Shown here in pieces: positions 21,841-31,342 of a stretch of 64,000 nucleotides of DNA. The translations under genes were made by a program, and so were the position numbers. The first letter of the stretch is position 1. Every line of letters starts with the position of its first letter. This DNA comes from an uncultured Candidatus Saccharibacteria bacterium (GTDB taxonomy: Bacteria > Patescibacteriota > Minisyncoccia > SW-4-49-11), in NCBI GenBank assembly GCA_964633865.1, contig CAZWIJ010000003.1:40656-104655 (forward strand). Reading direction: 5' to 3'. A model generated the notes under the pieces. It did no database searches. It had not been told where the DNA came from and was given only the letters and a program-made list of their open reading frames with translations.

Positions 21841-22926
21841 ATGAAAATAGCAATAGATGCTTCCAAACTAAATATTAAAAACAAAACTGGAACAGAAATT
21901 TACTCAGAAGAAATTATCACTAGATTACTCACAAAATTTAGTAATTCAAATGAAATTATCTTGTACTCTAAAGAACCATTGAGTAAAGATATTTTAAATT
22001 TACATCCAAGAATTACAAACAAAATTATTAAAACAAAAATCTTATGGACTATCTGGGGATTATCTATAGCTTTAATGAGAGATAAGCCTAATATTTTTTA
22101 TACACCATCAAGTATAATTCCTATTATTCATCCTAAGAAAAGCTTTATTGTTATTCATGGATTAGAGTATGAATATTTCCCTGAATCTTATTCTCTATTT
22201 CGTTTTTGGCATCTTGCTATATTCACAAAGTTATCTGCTATATGGGCACATAAAGTAATTACACCCTCATTATCAACAAAAAATGATCTTGTAGATGAAT
22301 ATTTTATCGCAAAAGAAAAAATTAAGGTGATAAAATCTGGCTTACCTAATTTGAAACAAAACAATGCAATAGAAATAAATAAGAATATTACCAATATAAT
22401 TAAATCAAATTATATATTTTGGATAGGAAGAAAAGAACAGAGAAAAAACTTAGAACTTTTAATCAATATTTTTAATATTATAAAAATAGACTTTCCTGAT
22501 CTAAAATTAATATTAGCTGGAAATAAAGGTTATGGATATAGTGAAATAAAAAAAACAATTAATTCTTCTTCTTTTAAAGTAGATATTATCGAATTAGAAT
22601 TTATAAAAGAGGAAGAAAAACATTTATTATATAAAAATTCTAAAATATTTGTATTTCCTTCTTGGTATGAAGGATTTGGATTTCCTGTATTAGAAGCTAT
22701 TAAATATGGCATTCCTACAATTTGCTCAAATACAAGTTCTCTCAAAGAATTCAAAAAAGATGGTGTTATCTTAGCAGATCCAGAAGATATCAATAAATGG
22801 ATCCCTAAAATAATAAATCTACTATCTGATGATAATACTGATATTTCAAATCAACTTAGAATATCCTCTGAAAAATATACCTTTGAAAAAACAGCTGAAG
22901 AAACCTACAAAATTTTAATTACATAA
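21841..22926 (+). CDS. GT4 glycosyltransferase
   Basis: RKN and FPSWYEGFGFPVLEA. Confidence 0.92.
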   Translation: MKIAIDASKLNIKNKTGTEIYSEEIITRLLTKFSNSNEIILYSKEPLSKDILNLHPRITNKIIKTKILWTIWGLSIALMRDKPNIFYTPSSIIPIIHPKKSFIVIHGLEYEYFPESYSLFRFWHLAIFTKLSAIWAHKVITPSLSTKNDLVDEYFIAKEKIKVIKSGLPNLKQNNAIEINKNITNIIKSNYIFWIGRKEQRKNLELLINIFNIIKIDFPDLKLILAGNKGYGYSEIKKTINSSSFKVDIIELEFIKEEEKHLLYKNSKIFVFPSWYEGFGFPVLEAIKYGIPTICSNTSSLKEFKKDGVILADPEDINKWIPKIINLLSDDNTDISNQLRISSEKYTFEKTAEETYKILIT

Positions 22927-22958
22927 AAATAATATTCATCAATTTTTATGAATATTTA

Positions 22959-23023
22959 TTGACAACATTTTTTTTTAATGGTATTATTACAATACAAGGT
23001 ATTAATTCTCTTAAAAGGAGGTG
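22959..23023 (+). promoter_or_regulatory. consensus sigma70 promoter and near-perfect Shine-Dalgarno
   Basis: TTGACA(22959)-17-TATTAT(22982) with TG extension; AAGGAGGTG at 23015-23023. Confidence 0.7.
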
Positions 23024-23030
23024 TATTTAT

Positions 23031-23048
23031 ATGGGTACTGTAAGTTAA
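23031..23048 (+). CDS. putative micro-ORF MGTVS
   Basis: ATG GGT ACT GTA AGT TAA, 7 nt after AAGGAGGTG. Confidence 0.45.
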   Translation: MGTVS

Positions 23049-23052
23049 CATT

Positions 23053-23083
23053 AAAAAAACCTCATACAATTATGTATGAGGTT
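23053..23083. terminator. hairpin, T-tract on minus strand
   Basis: AACCTCATACA-atta-TGTATGAGGTT, 11-bp stem preceded by an A-run. Confidence 0.75.
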
Positions 23084-23111
23084 CTCAATTTAAAATAAAT
23101 ATAACAAAATA

Positions 23112-23146
23112 AAAACATGGTAATTTATAAATAGTTACCATGTTTT
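23112..23146. terminator. bidirectional terminator hairpin
   Basis: AAAACATGGTAA...TTACCATGTTTT. Confidence 0.75.
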
Positions 23147-23173
23147 AAAAATATCTAAATATTAGAATTAATT

Positions 23174-23959
23174 CTATTTAATATTGTTTTCTACAAATTT
23201 AAACATAGATTTAAATGAATGAGCTATGTTATTATCTTGAACAACAACAGTTAATAAATTCTCTTCCAAAGAAGTAATAAACAACTTGTTATCAAATGAA
23301 GAAATATCAACTGCTTCTCCATATTTAAACTTAGATATATCTATTATATTTAAATTAGGGTCAGAAGATAATTTTAACTTTTTAAATTCTTCTATATTTT
23401 CTGTAGAAACAAGTAAATTTGTTTCAATTTTTTTACTAACTTTCCTTTTAATAAAATCTGATGTGATTTTTGGATTAATATATTTACTATGAATATATTT
23501 ATTAATTTGTTCATAGTTGTACATTAAATAAACTTTTTTATCTTTCGATTTAATCAATTCTTCTCTATATGCTTTTAGACCTTGTTCTCCATTATAAAAT
23601 TTAACCTTAGAATTCAAACCTCCCCTAGTATTTTCAAAGATTTCTGTCAATTGAGGAACTAAATATCTTAAAGCTATTTCTTTTCTACTTAAATCATTTC
23701 TTTCCTTTTGATATAAAAGAGATAATTTTGCAGGACTCTCAACAGAGAAATATCTTTTTTTACCTTCTGTTACAGTAGTCATAAGACCTCTATCTATCAA
23801 AATGTCTATCAAAACATATGTAGTTGCTCTGTTAACTTTAGATAATTTCGCTATTTTCTGAATACTTGATTTACCTAGTTTGATACTTGCTATATAAACT
23901 CTAGCTTCTTTCTCTGATAATCCAGCTGTCATTAAATCTTTGTATACTTGATTTTCCAT
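23174..23959 (-). CDS. TrmB-family transcriptional regulator (start reassigned to MENQ)
   Basis: GLSEKEARVY, IAKLSKVNRATTY wHTH; upstream in-frame codons overlap the promoter. Confidence 0.88.
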   Translation of the reverse strand: MENQVYKDLMTAGLSEKEARVYIASIKLGKSSIQKIAKLSKVNRATTYVLIDILIDRGLMTTVTEGKKRYFSVESPAKLSLLYQKERNDLSRKEIALRYLVPQLTEIFENTRGGLNSKVKFYNGEQGLKAYREELIKSKDKKVYLMYNYEQINKYIHSKYINPKITSDFIKRKVSKKIETNLLVSTENIEEFKKLKLSSDPNLNIIDISKFKYGEAVDISSFDNKLFITSLEENLLTVVVQDNNIAHSFKSMFKFVENNIK

Positions 23960-24046
23960 AATAATATATATAAATTGATTGTAATTATTATTATTATATA
24001 ACAACATTTCTTTTATGTCAAGGCCTGTTGTAAATAAATTTATAAT

Positions 24047-25105
24047 TTATTTTTTAAAAAATCTAAAAGAATATAAAAATAAAAAAATTATTCCTATAGA
24101 AAATATCCCAATTTTACCATTTGTTTTAAAAAATAGTGCACTGAGTCCAAAAATTAGTGATATACCATACATTATGATAACAGATTTTTTTTGAGATATA
24201 CCTATTTGTAAAAGTTTATAGTGAAAATGTCTATTATCAGCCTTAAATATTGATTGATTTGCTAATATTCTTTGTATAATAACAATACAAGCATCTATTA
24301 TAGGGAATGCCAAGACAAGAGATATAGTTGCTATTTTACCTCCACTTATAATTGATAGAGATCCTAAAATATAACCAAGAAACATACTACCTAAAGTACC
24401 TAAAAAAATTTTAGATGGATAAAAATTAAAAAATAAAAAACCTAAATATAGTCCAGCTAAAACTATGCTTAAATAAGCTATATTTATTTGATTAACAAAA
24501 GTTGTTATTGACAATACAAATAGAATTATAAAACCTATTACTCCGACTCCTCCAGCTAATCCATCTAATCCATCTAGCCAATTTAAAACATTCATTAATC
24601 CAACGATCCAAAACACTGTTAAAATAACTTGTAAAAAATATATATCTGTAGAAAATAAACTTAACTTCATTTGATCAAAAAACAAAATCTCTCCATAAGG
24701 TAACATAACAGATTTTATCGTTATACCAAAAAAAACTAACGTCAATGCTATTATTATTTGTATAATTAATTGATATTTCCAAGAAAGATCATATTTTTCA
24801 TCTAAAAATCCATACACAAAAACAAAAAAAGAACCTATCATGACTCCCACTAATGAACTGTTAAGATACATCAAACCAAAAATATGTAATAATATTAATG
24901 ATAAATTAAATAGTGGAATAATAACTAATCCTCCTACTTTGGGTTTAAATGTACTATGAATATCTCTTTCTCTTATTCTGGGTTTAAAAACTTTATATAT
25001 AAATTTCTGTTTTAATATAAAACTAAAGGTAATTATAGTTACTAAAGTAGTAATAAGAAATATTAAATTAAAATTAAATAGTGGAAGAGATTCCCATGTT
25101 ATCAT
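24047..25105 (-). CDS. undecaprenyl-phosphate GlcNAc-1-phosphate transferase (WecA/TagO, MraY family)
   Basis: PKVGG, NWLDGLDGLA, FNFYPSKIFLG, HFHYKL. Confidence 0.9.
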   Translation of the reverse strand: MITWESLPLFNFNLIFLITTLVTIITFSFILKQKFIYKVFKPRIRERDIHSTFKPKVGGLVIIPLFNLSLILLHIFGLMYLNSSLVGVMIGSFFVFVYGFLDEKYDLSWKYQLIIQIIIALTLVFFGITIKSVMLPYGEILFFDQMKLSLFSTDIYFLQVILTVFWIVGLMNVLNWLDGLDGLAGGVGVIGFIILFVLSITTFVNQINIAYLSIVLAGLYLGFLFFNFYPSKIFLGTLGSMFLGYILGSLSIISGGKIATISLVLAFPIIDACIVIIQRILANQSIFKADNRHFHYKLLQIGISQKKSVIIMYGISLIFGLSALFFKTNGKIGIFSIGIIFLFLYSFRFFKK

Positions 25106-25698
25106 GAAGAAACTTTTACCCTAGCAGATCTGATTAATTTATCCTCTAATTTATACCCAACTTGCATTACCTCAATAACCTTATTTTTGTTTGATTCATC
25201 TTCAGACTCTATTGTTTCAACAGCTTCGTGTTGATGTGGATCAAAATCTTCTCCCAAAGGATTTATAATCTTAACTCCTTGATCAATCAACATCTCTTGC
25301 ATTTGTTTTAAAATAAATTCTATACCTTTGACCCATTGATTATCTTTCAATTCTTCTGGGGTATATTTTAGAGCTAATTCAAAGTTGTCAAATAATGGGA
25401 TTAACTTTGTGATCATGTCTGAGCTAGCATATTTAATTATATCTAATTTTTCTTTAGATGAAGTTTTTTGTAAATTTTGATAATCAGCTTGGGCTCTTTT
25501 CCACCCAGCTAAATTAATAGAAGATTCTTCTTGTAGTTTAGCAATTTGATCTTCCAAAGAAACTTTAAGTTCTTCTTTTTTTAAAACATCTTTCTCAACT
25601 TCATCTTCTAAGACATTATTGTCAATAATAGATTCTTGTGAAGTATTATCTATATTATCTTCTAATTCTTGTTTATTCTCTAAATTATTTTTACTCAT
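25102..25698 (-). CDS. grpE: nucleotide exchange factor GrpE
   Basis: RAQADYQN, FDPHQHEAV, GYKLEDKLIRSARVKV. Confidence 0.95.
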   Translation of the reverse strand: MSKNNLENKQELEDNIDNTSQESIIDNNVLEDEVEKDVLKKEELKVSLEDQIAKLQEESSINLAGWKRAQADYQNLQKTSSKEKLDIIKYASSDMITKLIPLFDNFELALKYTPEELKDNQWVKGIEFILKQMQEMLIDQGVKIINPLGEDFDPHQHEAVETIESEDESNKNKVIEVMQVGYKLEDKLIRSARVKVSS

Positions 25699-26413
25699 CT
25701 TCGTTATAATTATTTGGATTCAATACATATTCTATTAATGCTATATTTTTGGCATATTCCATACTCTTTGGTCCTATCATTACAATTATACCATCATCTT
25801 GATCAATTGTACATTTACCAACTATGACCGAATATTTTTTCATAGACTGAACTGGATTTTCATCACCTATATAGAGTTGATAATTTCCTTTTGGTAAATC
25901 TTTTCCTATCTCATCCATATTTTGCTTTATAGAATCAAGATCATCTAATGCTTCTTTTATAAAATCCATAGATGAAAAATAAGGCTGAGATAAGAACTTA
26001 TGAGTTCCCTCTTCAAACACAACATTCGAAGAAAGTTTTCCTATTGTAACATTTCCAGACTCAGAAGATATTTGAGTTAATAAATGTTTTAATTTTATAT
26101 GTATTTCTTGAATTCTACTAAACTCATCTAGAATATTATGTGTTTTTTTTATATATTGCTTCAAAATTTCTTGTCTTCCTAATAATCTATTTACATAATA
26201 TCTATATCCCTTATCACTTGGCACTCTACCAGATGAAGTATGTATTTGAACTAAAAATCCTTCCTCTTCTAATTCTGCCAATTCACTTCTGATTGTTGCA
26301 CTTGAATATGGTAAGTTGTATTCTTTTTGTAACACAAAGGAGGAAACTGGTTGAGCAGTCTTTACATATTCTACAATAAGATACTCTAAAATTAATTCTT
26401 TTCTTTCTGTCAT
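25691..26413 (-). CDS. hrcA: heat-inducible repressor HrcA (short form)
   Basis: PVSS, SSATIRSEL, HTSSGRVPSDKGYRYYV. Confidence 0.93.
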   Translation of the reverse strand: MTERKELILEYLIVEYVKTAQPVSSFVLQKEYNLPYSSATIRSELAELEEEGFLVQIHTSSGRVPSDKGYRYYVNRLLGRQEILKQYIKKTHNILDEFSRIQEIHIKLKHLLTQISSESGNVTIGKLSSNVVFEEGTHKFLSQPYFSSMDFIKEALDDLDSIKQNMDEIGKDLPKGNYQLYIGDENPVQSMKKYSVIVGKCTIDQDDGIIVMIGPKSMEYAKNIALIEYVLNPNNYNEDE

Positions 26414-26558
26414 ATAAAACTATTATATATCATATTTAATTTTTATTCAAGATAACGGATATCCTCATCTCTATTTTTTGAGTAAAAATATCGTAAGTAT
26501 AGGTTTATATTTATTTTTATGTTATAATGTATTATCATTTACTCAAAAGAGGTTTTAA

Positions 26559-27263
26559 ATGAAAATTGATCCTTCATATTCATATTATCATAATCTTCAT
26601 CAAGAATATTTCAATGATTTAATTGATGCTAAAAAATTAATTACTGAACTTCAAAGAATTCTCCCAATACAAATAGAGAAACCTTTTTCCCTACCTGAAG
26701 AGGCCATTATGATAATATCTAACCATCCTATTTTAGAAGAAAATTCTGCATTGAATACAAAAGGAATTGGAAGTTTAAAAGGATTTAATTACTTAGGGAA
26801 TAATGAAGTATGGTTTCCTAGCATTAGAGAATCTCTGATGCAATATGCCCTTAATATTCCACTGGTGACAATTATTAGACCAATTGGTTATGATATTGCA
26901 ACTAATGAGATAGGTTGCTTATCTGTACAGAATGGAAATGGGGTTGTCGAAATAAGTAATTTCTTAAACCGTAATAAAGATTTATCCTGTTTAATTTATC
27001 CTGAAGCAGGATTTAATAAATTAGATCATTGCTTTCGGAAAGGATTCTATTATATAGCAAAGATGAGAAGGTATAAATATCTTTTAAAATTGGTTGTAGA
27101 TCCTATATTAGGAATCAATTCTAGAAACAAAATTGTTTTTCAAGAATTAGAATTAATTCCTGATCTAGATGATAATACTTATATCGAGAAATGGGTAGAT
27201 AATACTAGAGAATGGTATAAAACAATTACCTATAATCTATATAAAGAGTTTAAGTTAATCTAA
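26559..27263 (+). CDS. divergent PlsC-like acyltransferase-fold protein (tentative)
   Basis: IIS-NH, IYPEAG and FRKGFYYIA resemble LPLAT blocks I, III and the downstream FKKG motif. Confidence 0.5.
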   Translation: MKIDPSYSYYHNLHQEYFNDLIDAKKLITELQRILPIQIEKPFSLPEEAIMIISNHPILEENSALNTKGIGSLKGFNYLGNNEVWFPSIRESLMQYALNIPLVTIIRPIGYDIATNEIGCLSVQNGNGVVEISNFLNRNKDLSCLIYPEAGFNKLDHCFRKGFYYIAKMRRYKYLLKLVVDPILGINSRNKIVFQELELIPDLDDNTYIEKWVDNTREWYKTITYNLYKEFKLI

Positions 27264-27272
27264 AAATTTATC

Positions 27273-27341
27273 GTACATAGCAAATCTATGTACTTTTTTT
27301 ATTTATAAAGAAAAAAGATAACTAGTTAAAGTTACCTTTTT
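27273..27341. terminator. back-to-back terminators of two convergent orphan genes
   Basis: GTACATAG-caaat-CTATGTAC-T7 (+) and AAAAAGATAAC...GTTACCTTTTT (-). Confidence 0.7.
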
Positions 27342-27352
27342 GATGCAATTTA

Positions 27353-27592
27353 TTAGTAATTTTCTCTGATTACTTCAGATCCAATTACCACTTTTGAATC
27401 CAAAATCCCTATCCAATAGGGACGAAGATTATTAGCGTCTTCCACACAATAACATGCGTGGTTTTCGATTTTTTGACCATCCTCAGCAAGTGCTGAGGAT
27501 AATTCTTCCAATATTCTATTGACTTGGGATTTTGGAAAAGAAACGCCCTTAACAACACCCTTTCTGTAAGTTAAAATTTCAATAATTTCCAT
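27353..27592 (-). CDS. orphan hypothetical protein (likely start MEIIE)
   Basis: Short ORF with consensus TTGACA-17-TATAAT promoter and terminator. Confidence 0.6.
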   Translation of the reverse strand: MEIIEILTYRKGVVKGVSFPKSQVNRILEELSSALAEDGQKIENHACYCVEDANNLRPYWIGILDSKVVIGSEVIRENY

Positions 27593-27693
27593 ATTGAGTT
27601 CTCTCAATAATTTACTTAAACATTATATCATTTTTATTTAATTATGTCAATATATACAAACATAATTAAATATTAATATCAGTTAATTATTCT

Positions 27694-28545
27694 TTACTTC
27701 CTGACAAAGTCTTTTAAACCAAGTCCTATAAAGCTAATTCCTGATAGGAAGTATAGTAAAAATATTGTTAAAAAATTATGACAATACCATTTTCTAAAAT
27801 ATCGAATCATTCCTTTATGCCAGTATATTTGTTTTTTTAGATTAAATAGTTTTTTTGTACTAGCTCCATGATGGTGATACATAAATATGTTAGCTAAAAA
27901 ATATGTTTTATGATTTCTAACTTGTAACTTCTTGGATAAATCTACATCATTAAAAAAAAGCCAATAATCTTTATGGTCATCGAATCCTCCAATTTCTTTA
28001 AAAACTTTGGTATTTAACATTATTGCTGATGCCATAGGTTGCTCACATTCTTGATTTTTAGTATGATCAAAATTTTTTGAATCATCCCAACTTAATTTTA
28101 AATAATTACCTATCATTGATTTTGGAGTCGGTAATAAACGACAACTCATCTGAATTCTATTATCAGGATATCTAAGTTGAGGAGCAATAGCATTATAATC
28201 TAAATTTTCTTCTAAAAAGCTAACCATTTTATCTATACTTTGCTCTGTAATAACAATATCTTGATTTAAGAACAAAACATATTTCCCTTCTATATAAGGA
28301 ATTGCTAGATTATTTCCTCTAGCATAACCTGAATTTTCTTTATTATAAATAACTTTAATTATATTTTTATTATTCCAATTTTTTTCCAAATCGAAAAGAT
28401 ATTCTATTGTGGAGTCTTGTGAATTATTATCTATAATTATTAACTGGTATTTTATTTTTGTTTTTTCTATGACTGAGTTCACACAGTTCTCGAGATCTTC
28501 TCTATTATTCCAAGCTAAAATAACAATTGATACTATCTTTTCCAC
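27694..28545 (-). CDS. GT2 glycosyltransferase (rhamnosyltransferase-like)
   Basis: SIVILAWN, IDNNSQD, GYARGNN, LNQD, GGFDD. Confidence 0.92.
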   Translation of the reverse strand: MEKIVSIVILAWNNREDLENCVNSVIEKTKIKYQLIIIDNNSQDSTIEYLFDLEKNWNNKNIIKVIYNKENSGYARGNNLAIPYIEGKYVLFLNQDIVITEQSIDKMVSFLEENLDYNAIAPQLRYPDNRIQMSCRLLPTPKSMIGNYLKLSWDDSKNFDHTKNQECEQPMASAIMLNTKVFKEIGGFDDHKDYWLFFNDVDLSKKLQVRNHKTYFLANIFMYHHHGASTKKLFNLKKQIYWHKGMIRYFRKWYCHNFLTIFLLYFLSGISFIGLGLKDFVRK

Positions 28546-28546
28546 A

Positions 28547-29221
28547 TTACATTATCTTTAGATATTCAAACCATATTTTGAATAATTCTCCAGTTGCAAC
28601 TACATCTCTCATACAATACTTGGCTATCTCTTCATATCTCTTTTCTCTAAACATATCTGGAACATCCAAACCTGTTATTCCCTCTGCTTTTGGACTGGTT
28701 ATACCAAATCTCTTACAATAATAGTCGAGATTAAATTTTCTTGTAGCTCTATAAAAAGTTAATTGTTCTAAAAGATCAATATGCTCTTTATCTGAATATC
28801 TGTATGGCATTAAGTTTCTAGTTGCTTTTACTTTATTTATAGCTGACCTCATCATTATATAAGGACAATCAAATTCTCTACCATTGAAAGTAACTAATGT
28901 ATCATATTTCTTGACAGTAGACCAGAATTTATCTAAAATTTCTTCTTCTGATCCTGTCAAAAAGTATACTCCATCTTTTTCATAATAACTTTCCAAGTTA
29001 GAAGCTGGGGCTTGAAAGTAGACACTTTTTATATTTTTATATGGATCATAAAGTCCAATAGCTACTATACTACCAGTTAAAGGATATAATCCCAATGTCT
29101 GTTTAATTTCTTCTCGCTTAACATCATCTTCAGCATATTTCAAAAGATAATCTTGGGTATTGGAATCTATATCTTCCCAATTATCTCCTATTGTTTCGAT
29201 ATCAAAGATTAAATAAGACAT
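28547..29221 (-). CDS. RNase H-fold 3'-5' exonuclease (PolB-exo-like)
   Basis: FDIET, TFNGREFD, HIDL, YCMRDV. Confidence 0.88.
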   Translation of the reverse strand: MSYLIFDIETIGDNWEDIDSNTQDYLLKYAEDDVKREEIKQTLGLYPLTGSIVAIGLYDPYKNIKSVYFQAPASNLESYYEKDGVYFLTGSEEEILDKFWSTVKKYDTLVTFNGREFDCPYIMMRSAINKVKATRNLMPYRYSDKEHIDLLEQLTFYRATRKFNLDYYCKRFGITSPKAEGITGLDVPDMFREKRYEEIAKYCMRDVVATGELFKIWFEYLKIM

Positions 29222-29243
29222 ATTTTTATTTTTAACAACTATG

Positions 29244-29316
29244 AGCGGGTAGAGGGATTCGAACCCTCATCATCTGCTTGGAAGGCAGAGATAATTAGCC
29301 CTTATACGATACCCGC
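29244..29316 (-). tRNA. tRNA-Gly(TCC)
   Basis: GCGGGTA...TACCCGC-T; anticodon arm TCTGC-CTTCCAA-GCAGA; TTCGAAT T-loop. Confidence 0.95.
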
Positions 29317-29345
29317 TTTATAAATTACATATTTATTCTAACAAA

Positions 29346-31322
29346 TTATCTTTTATGTGTCAACAAGATTTTAGTTAAATTTTTAAAATTAACTATTAAA
29401 ATAATAATAAAGATCCATGAAAATAATTGTACATAAAATATTTTATGCCACTGATGTGTTAATAGAACATCTTCTCCTGTCCTATTTATAATAATCTTAT
29501 AGTCAGAAGATTTCTGGATATAATTCGAACCATTTATATTAAATCCTTTTGAATAATTATGGTTAAGATAAATATATGGATATTGGTCGATATCTTTACC
29601 ATCATCCTTAATCAAAATTTGATTTAACTTTGGGTAAATTACTGAGAATTCAGGTTTATTTGATTCAAATAAAATTTCTACTATCTCTTTATTATCTTTA
29701 TCTAAATTATCATAATTGTAAAAATTATTTTCAATATTCAATTTTGTATCTAAATTCTGAATTGTTGAGAAATCTGATTCATCAATACCTGTAGCAATTT
29801 TCGGTTCAAAATTAGATTCTAAAATATTATAGACATTTCCATCAGAACTAAAATTTATTACTTTTAATTTTTCTTGTTTGATAAGTTCTTGTAATAAAAT
29901 TGGATATGGCTCTTGTATAGGAAAAATTTGTTTTACTCCCAAAACTTTCATATAAGTCCAAAGATTCTCAGAACTAAAATCTCTTTTTTGCCCATCTATA
30001 CATTTATGAAAATGTATTAGATCTTCAAAGGCACCAGCATTTGGACTCAAAACCAAATGATTACTATAACCTGTAATAAATTGAAAATCATAATTTGAAT
30101 TTTTATTAGAATTTAAATGAGTAAATCTAAAATCACTAGAAAAGTCATACACTCTACTTTTGATAGAAGGTAATGCATTACGATAATATTCTATATTTTC
30201 TTTTGTTTTAGTATATTCTAAATAATAAACTTTGACCACAGAAACAACCAAAGAGAATAAAATAATTGATAAAAAAGCCATAATTGTGACCAAATTTCTT
30301 TGTTTTAATTTCTTCTGTAAATAAATATAGACTGGAAATCCTGATATCAAAATTCCTATGTATACAATTTGATTCATTCTCGTAATCTGAACTCTATGAA
30401 AAATAGGTATATAGTAAAGTGAATTTATTAACAAAATTAACCACATAAAAAAATTAGCTCCAAAAAATATTTTAGCCTCTTTTGAATGAAATTTATTTTT
30501 CCAAATCAAAAATATACAAAATAAAATAATCAAAACCATTAAAAGATCTAAATGAAAGAAACTTCTAATAACTGGATATGATATAGATGAGAGATGATAA
30601 TTATCGGTAAATTTTAAATCTTCCCAGAAATATTGATAAATATACAAAAAACTACTCAAAATAAATATTAATCCGGAAATTAAAACTGTCTTGATCTTAA
30701 ATTGAAATAATTCTTTTAACCAAAAAAATCCTAAAATAACACTATTATAAATTCCAAATAAAGGATGTATATAAAGACTCAATCCAGCAAATAAGCTTAA
30801 TCCCATTGTATTTTTATTAAATCCAAAATTTGTATTATTAATGAAATAATATGCAACTATAGGTGTCAGAAGAATAGCAAACAATAAAGTTGGCATATGT
30901 AATACAGACCAAAAATAAAATGGTGTATAACTAATTATGCTAATTATCAGACTATAATTGGGATTAACTTTAAATTTTCTAAGTATAATATAAATAATTA
31001 ATCTTAGTGCAAATATATAAAAAATTGCAAATCCATACAAAATTTGTATACTAGAGAGACCCAAATATTTTAGTGGCAATAATAAGTAAAATAAAATAAA
31101 TTGATAAGACCGCCAATAAGTAATTCCTCCATACCAAGAAACATCATAAGAAATCAAACCATTCTGATAAAGAGAATCTAATCTAAAAGCACCTAAAAGA
31201 AAATCCCCAGAAATTCCTAAAAATGAATTATAGTCACCCAAAATAGGCATAGAAATTATAATACCTACTATCAAAATTATTATTATATAGATTAAATCTA
31301 TTTTGTTAAATTTAATTTTCAT
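29346..31322 (-). CDS. multi-pass membrane protein, GT-C/YfhO-like architecture
   Basis: About 11 TM segments, WYGG...Y loop, large soluble domain and C-terminal TM. Confidence 0.6.
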   Translation of the reverse strand: MKIKFNKIDLIYIIIILIVGIIISMPILGDYNSFLGISGDFLLGAFRLDSLYQNGLISYDVSWYGGITYWRSYQFILFYLLLPLKYLGLSSIQILYGFAIFYIFALRLIIYIILRKFKVNPNYSLIISIISYTPFYFWSVLHMPTLLFAILLTPIVAYYFINNTNFGFNKNTMGLSLFAGLSLYIHPLFGIYNSVILGFFWLKELFQFKIKTVLISGLIFILSSFLYIYQYFWEDLKFTDNYHLSSISYPVIRSFFHLDLLMVLIILFCIFLIWKNKFHSKEAKIFFGANFFMWLILLINSLYYIPIFHRVQITRMNQIVYIGILISGFPVYIYLQKKLKQRNLVTIMAFLSIILFSLVVSVVKVYYLEYTKTKENIEYYRNALPSIKSRVYDFSSDFRFTHLNSNKNSNYDFQFITGYSNHLVLSPNAGAFEDLIHFHKCIDGQKRDFSSENLWTYMKVLGVKQIFPIQEPYPILLQELIKQEKLKVINFSSDGNVYNILESNFEPKIATGIDESDFSTIQNLDTKLNIENNFYNYDNLDKDNKEIVEILFESNKPEFSVIYPKLNQILIKDDGKDIDQYPYIYLNHNYSKGFNINGSNYIQKSSDYKIIINRTGEDVLLTHQWHKIFYVQLFSWIFIIILIVNFKNLTKILLTHKR

Positions 31323-31342
31323 AATAATTAATTATAAATATA

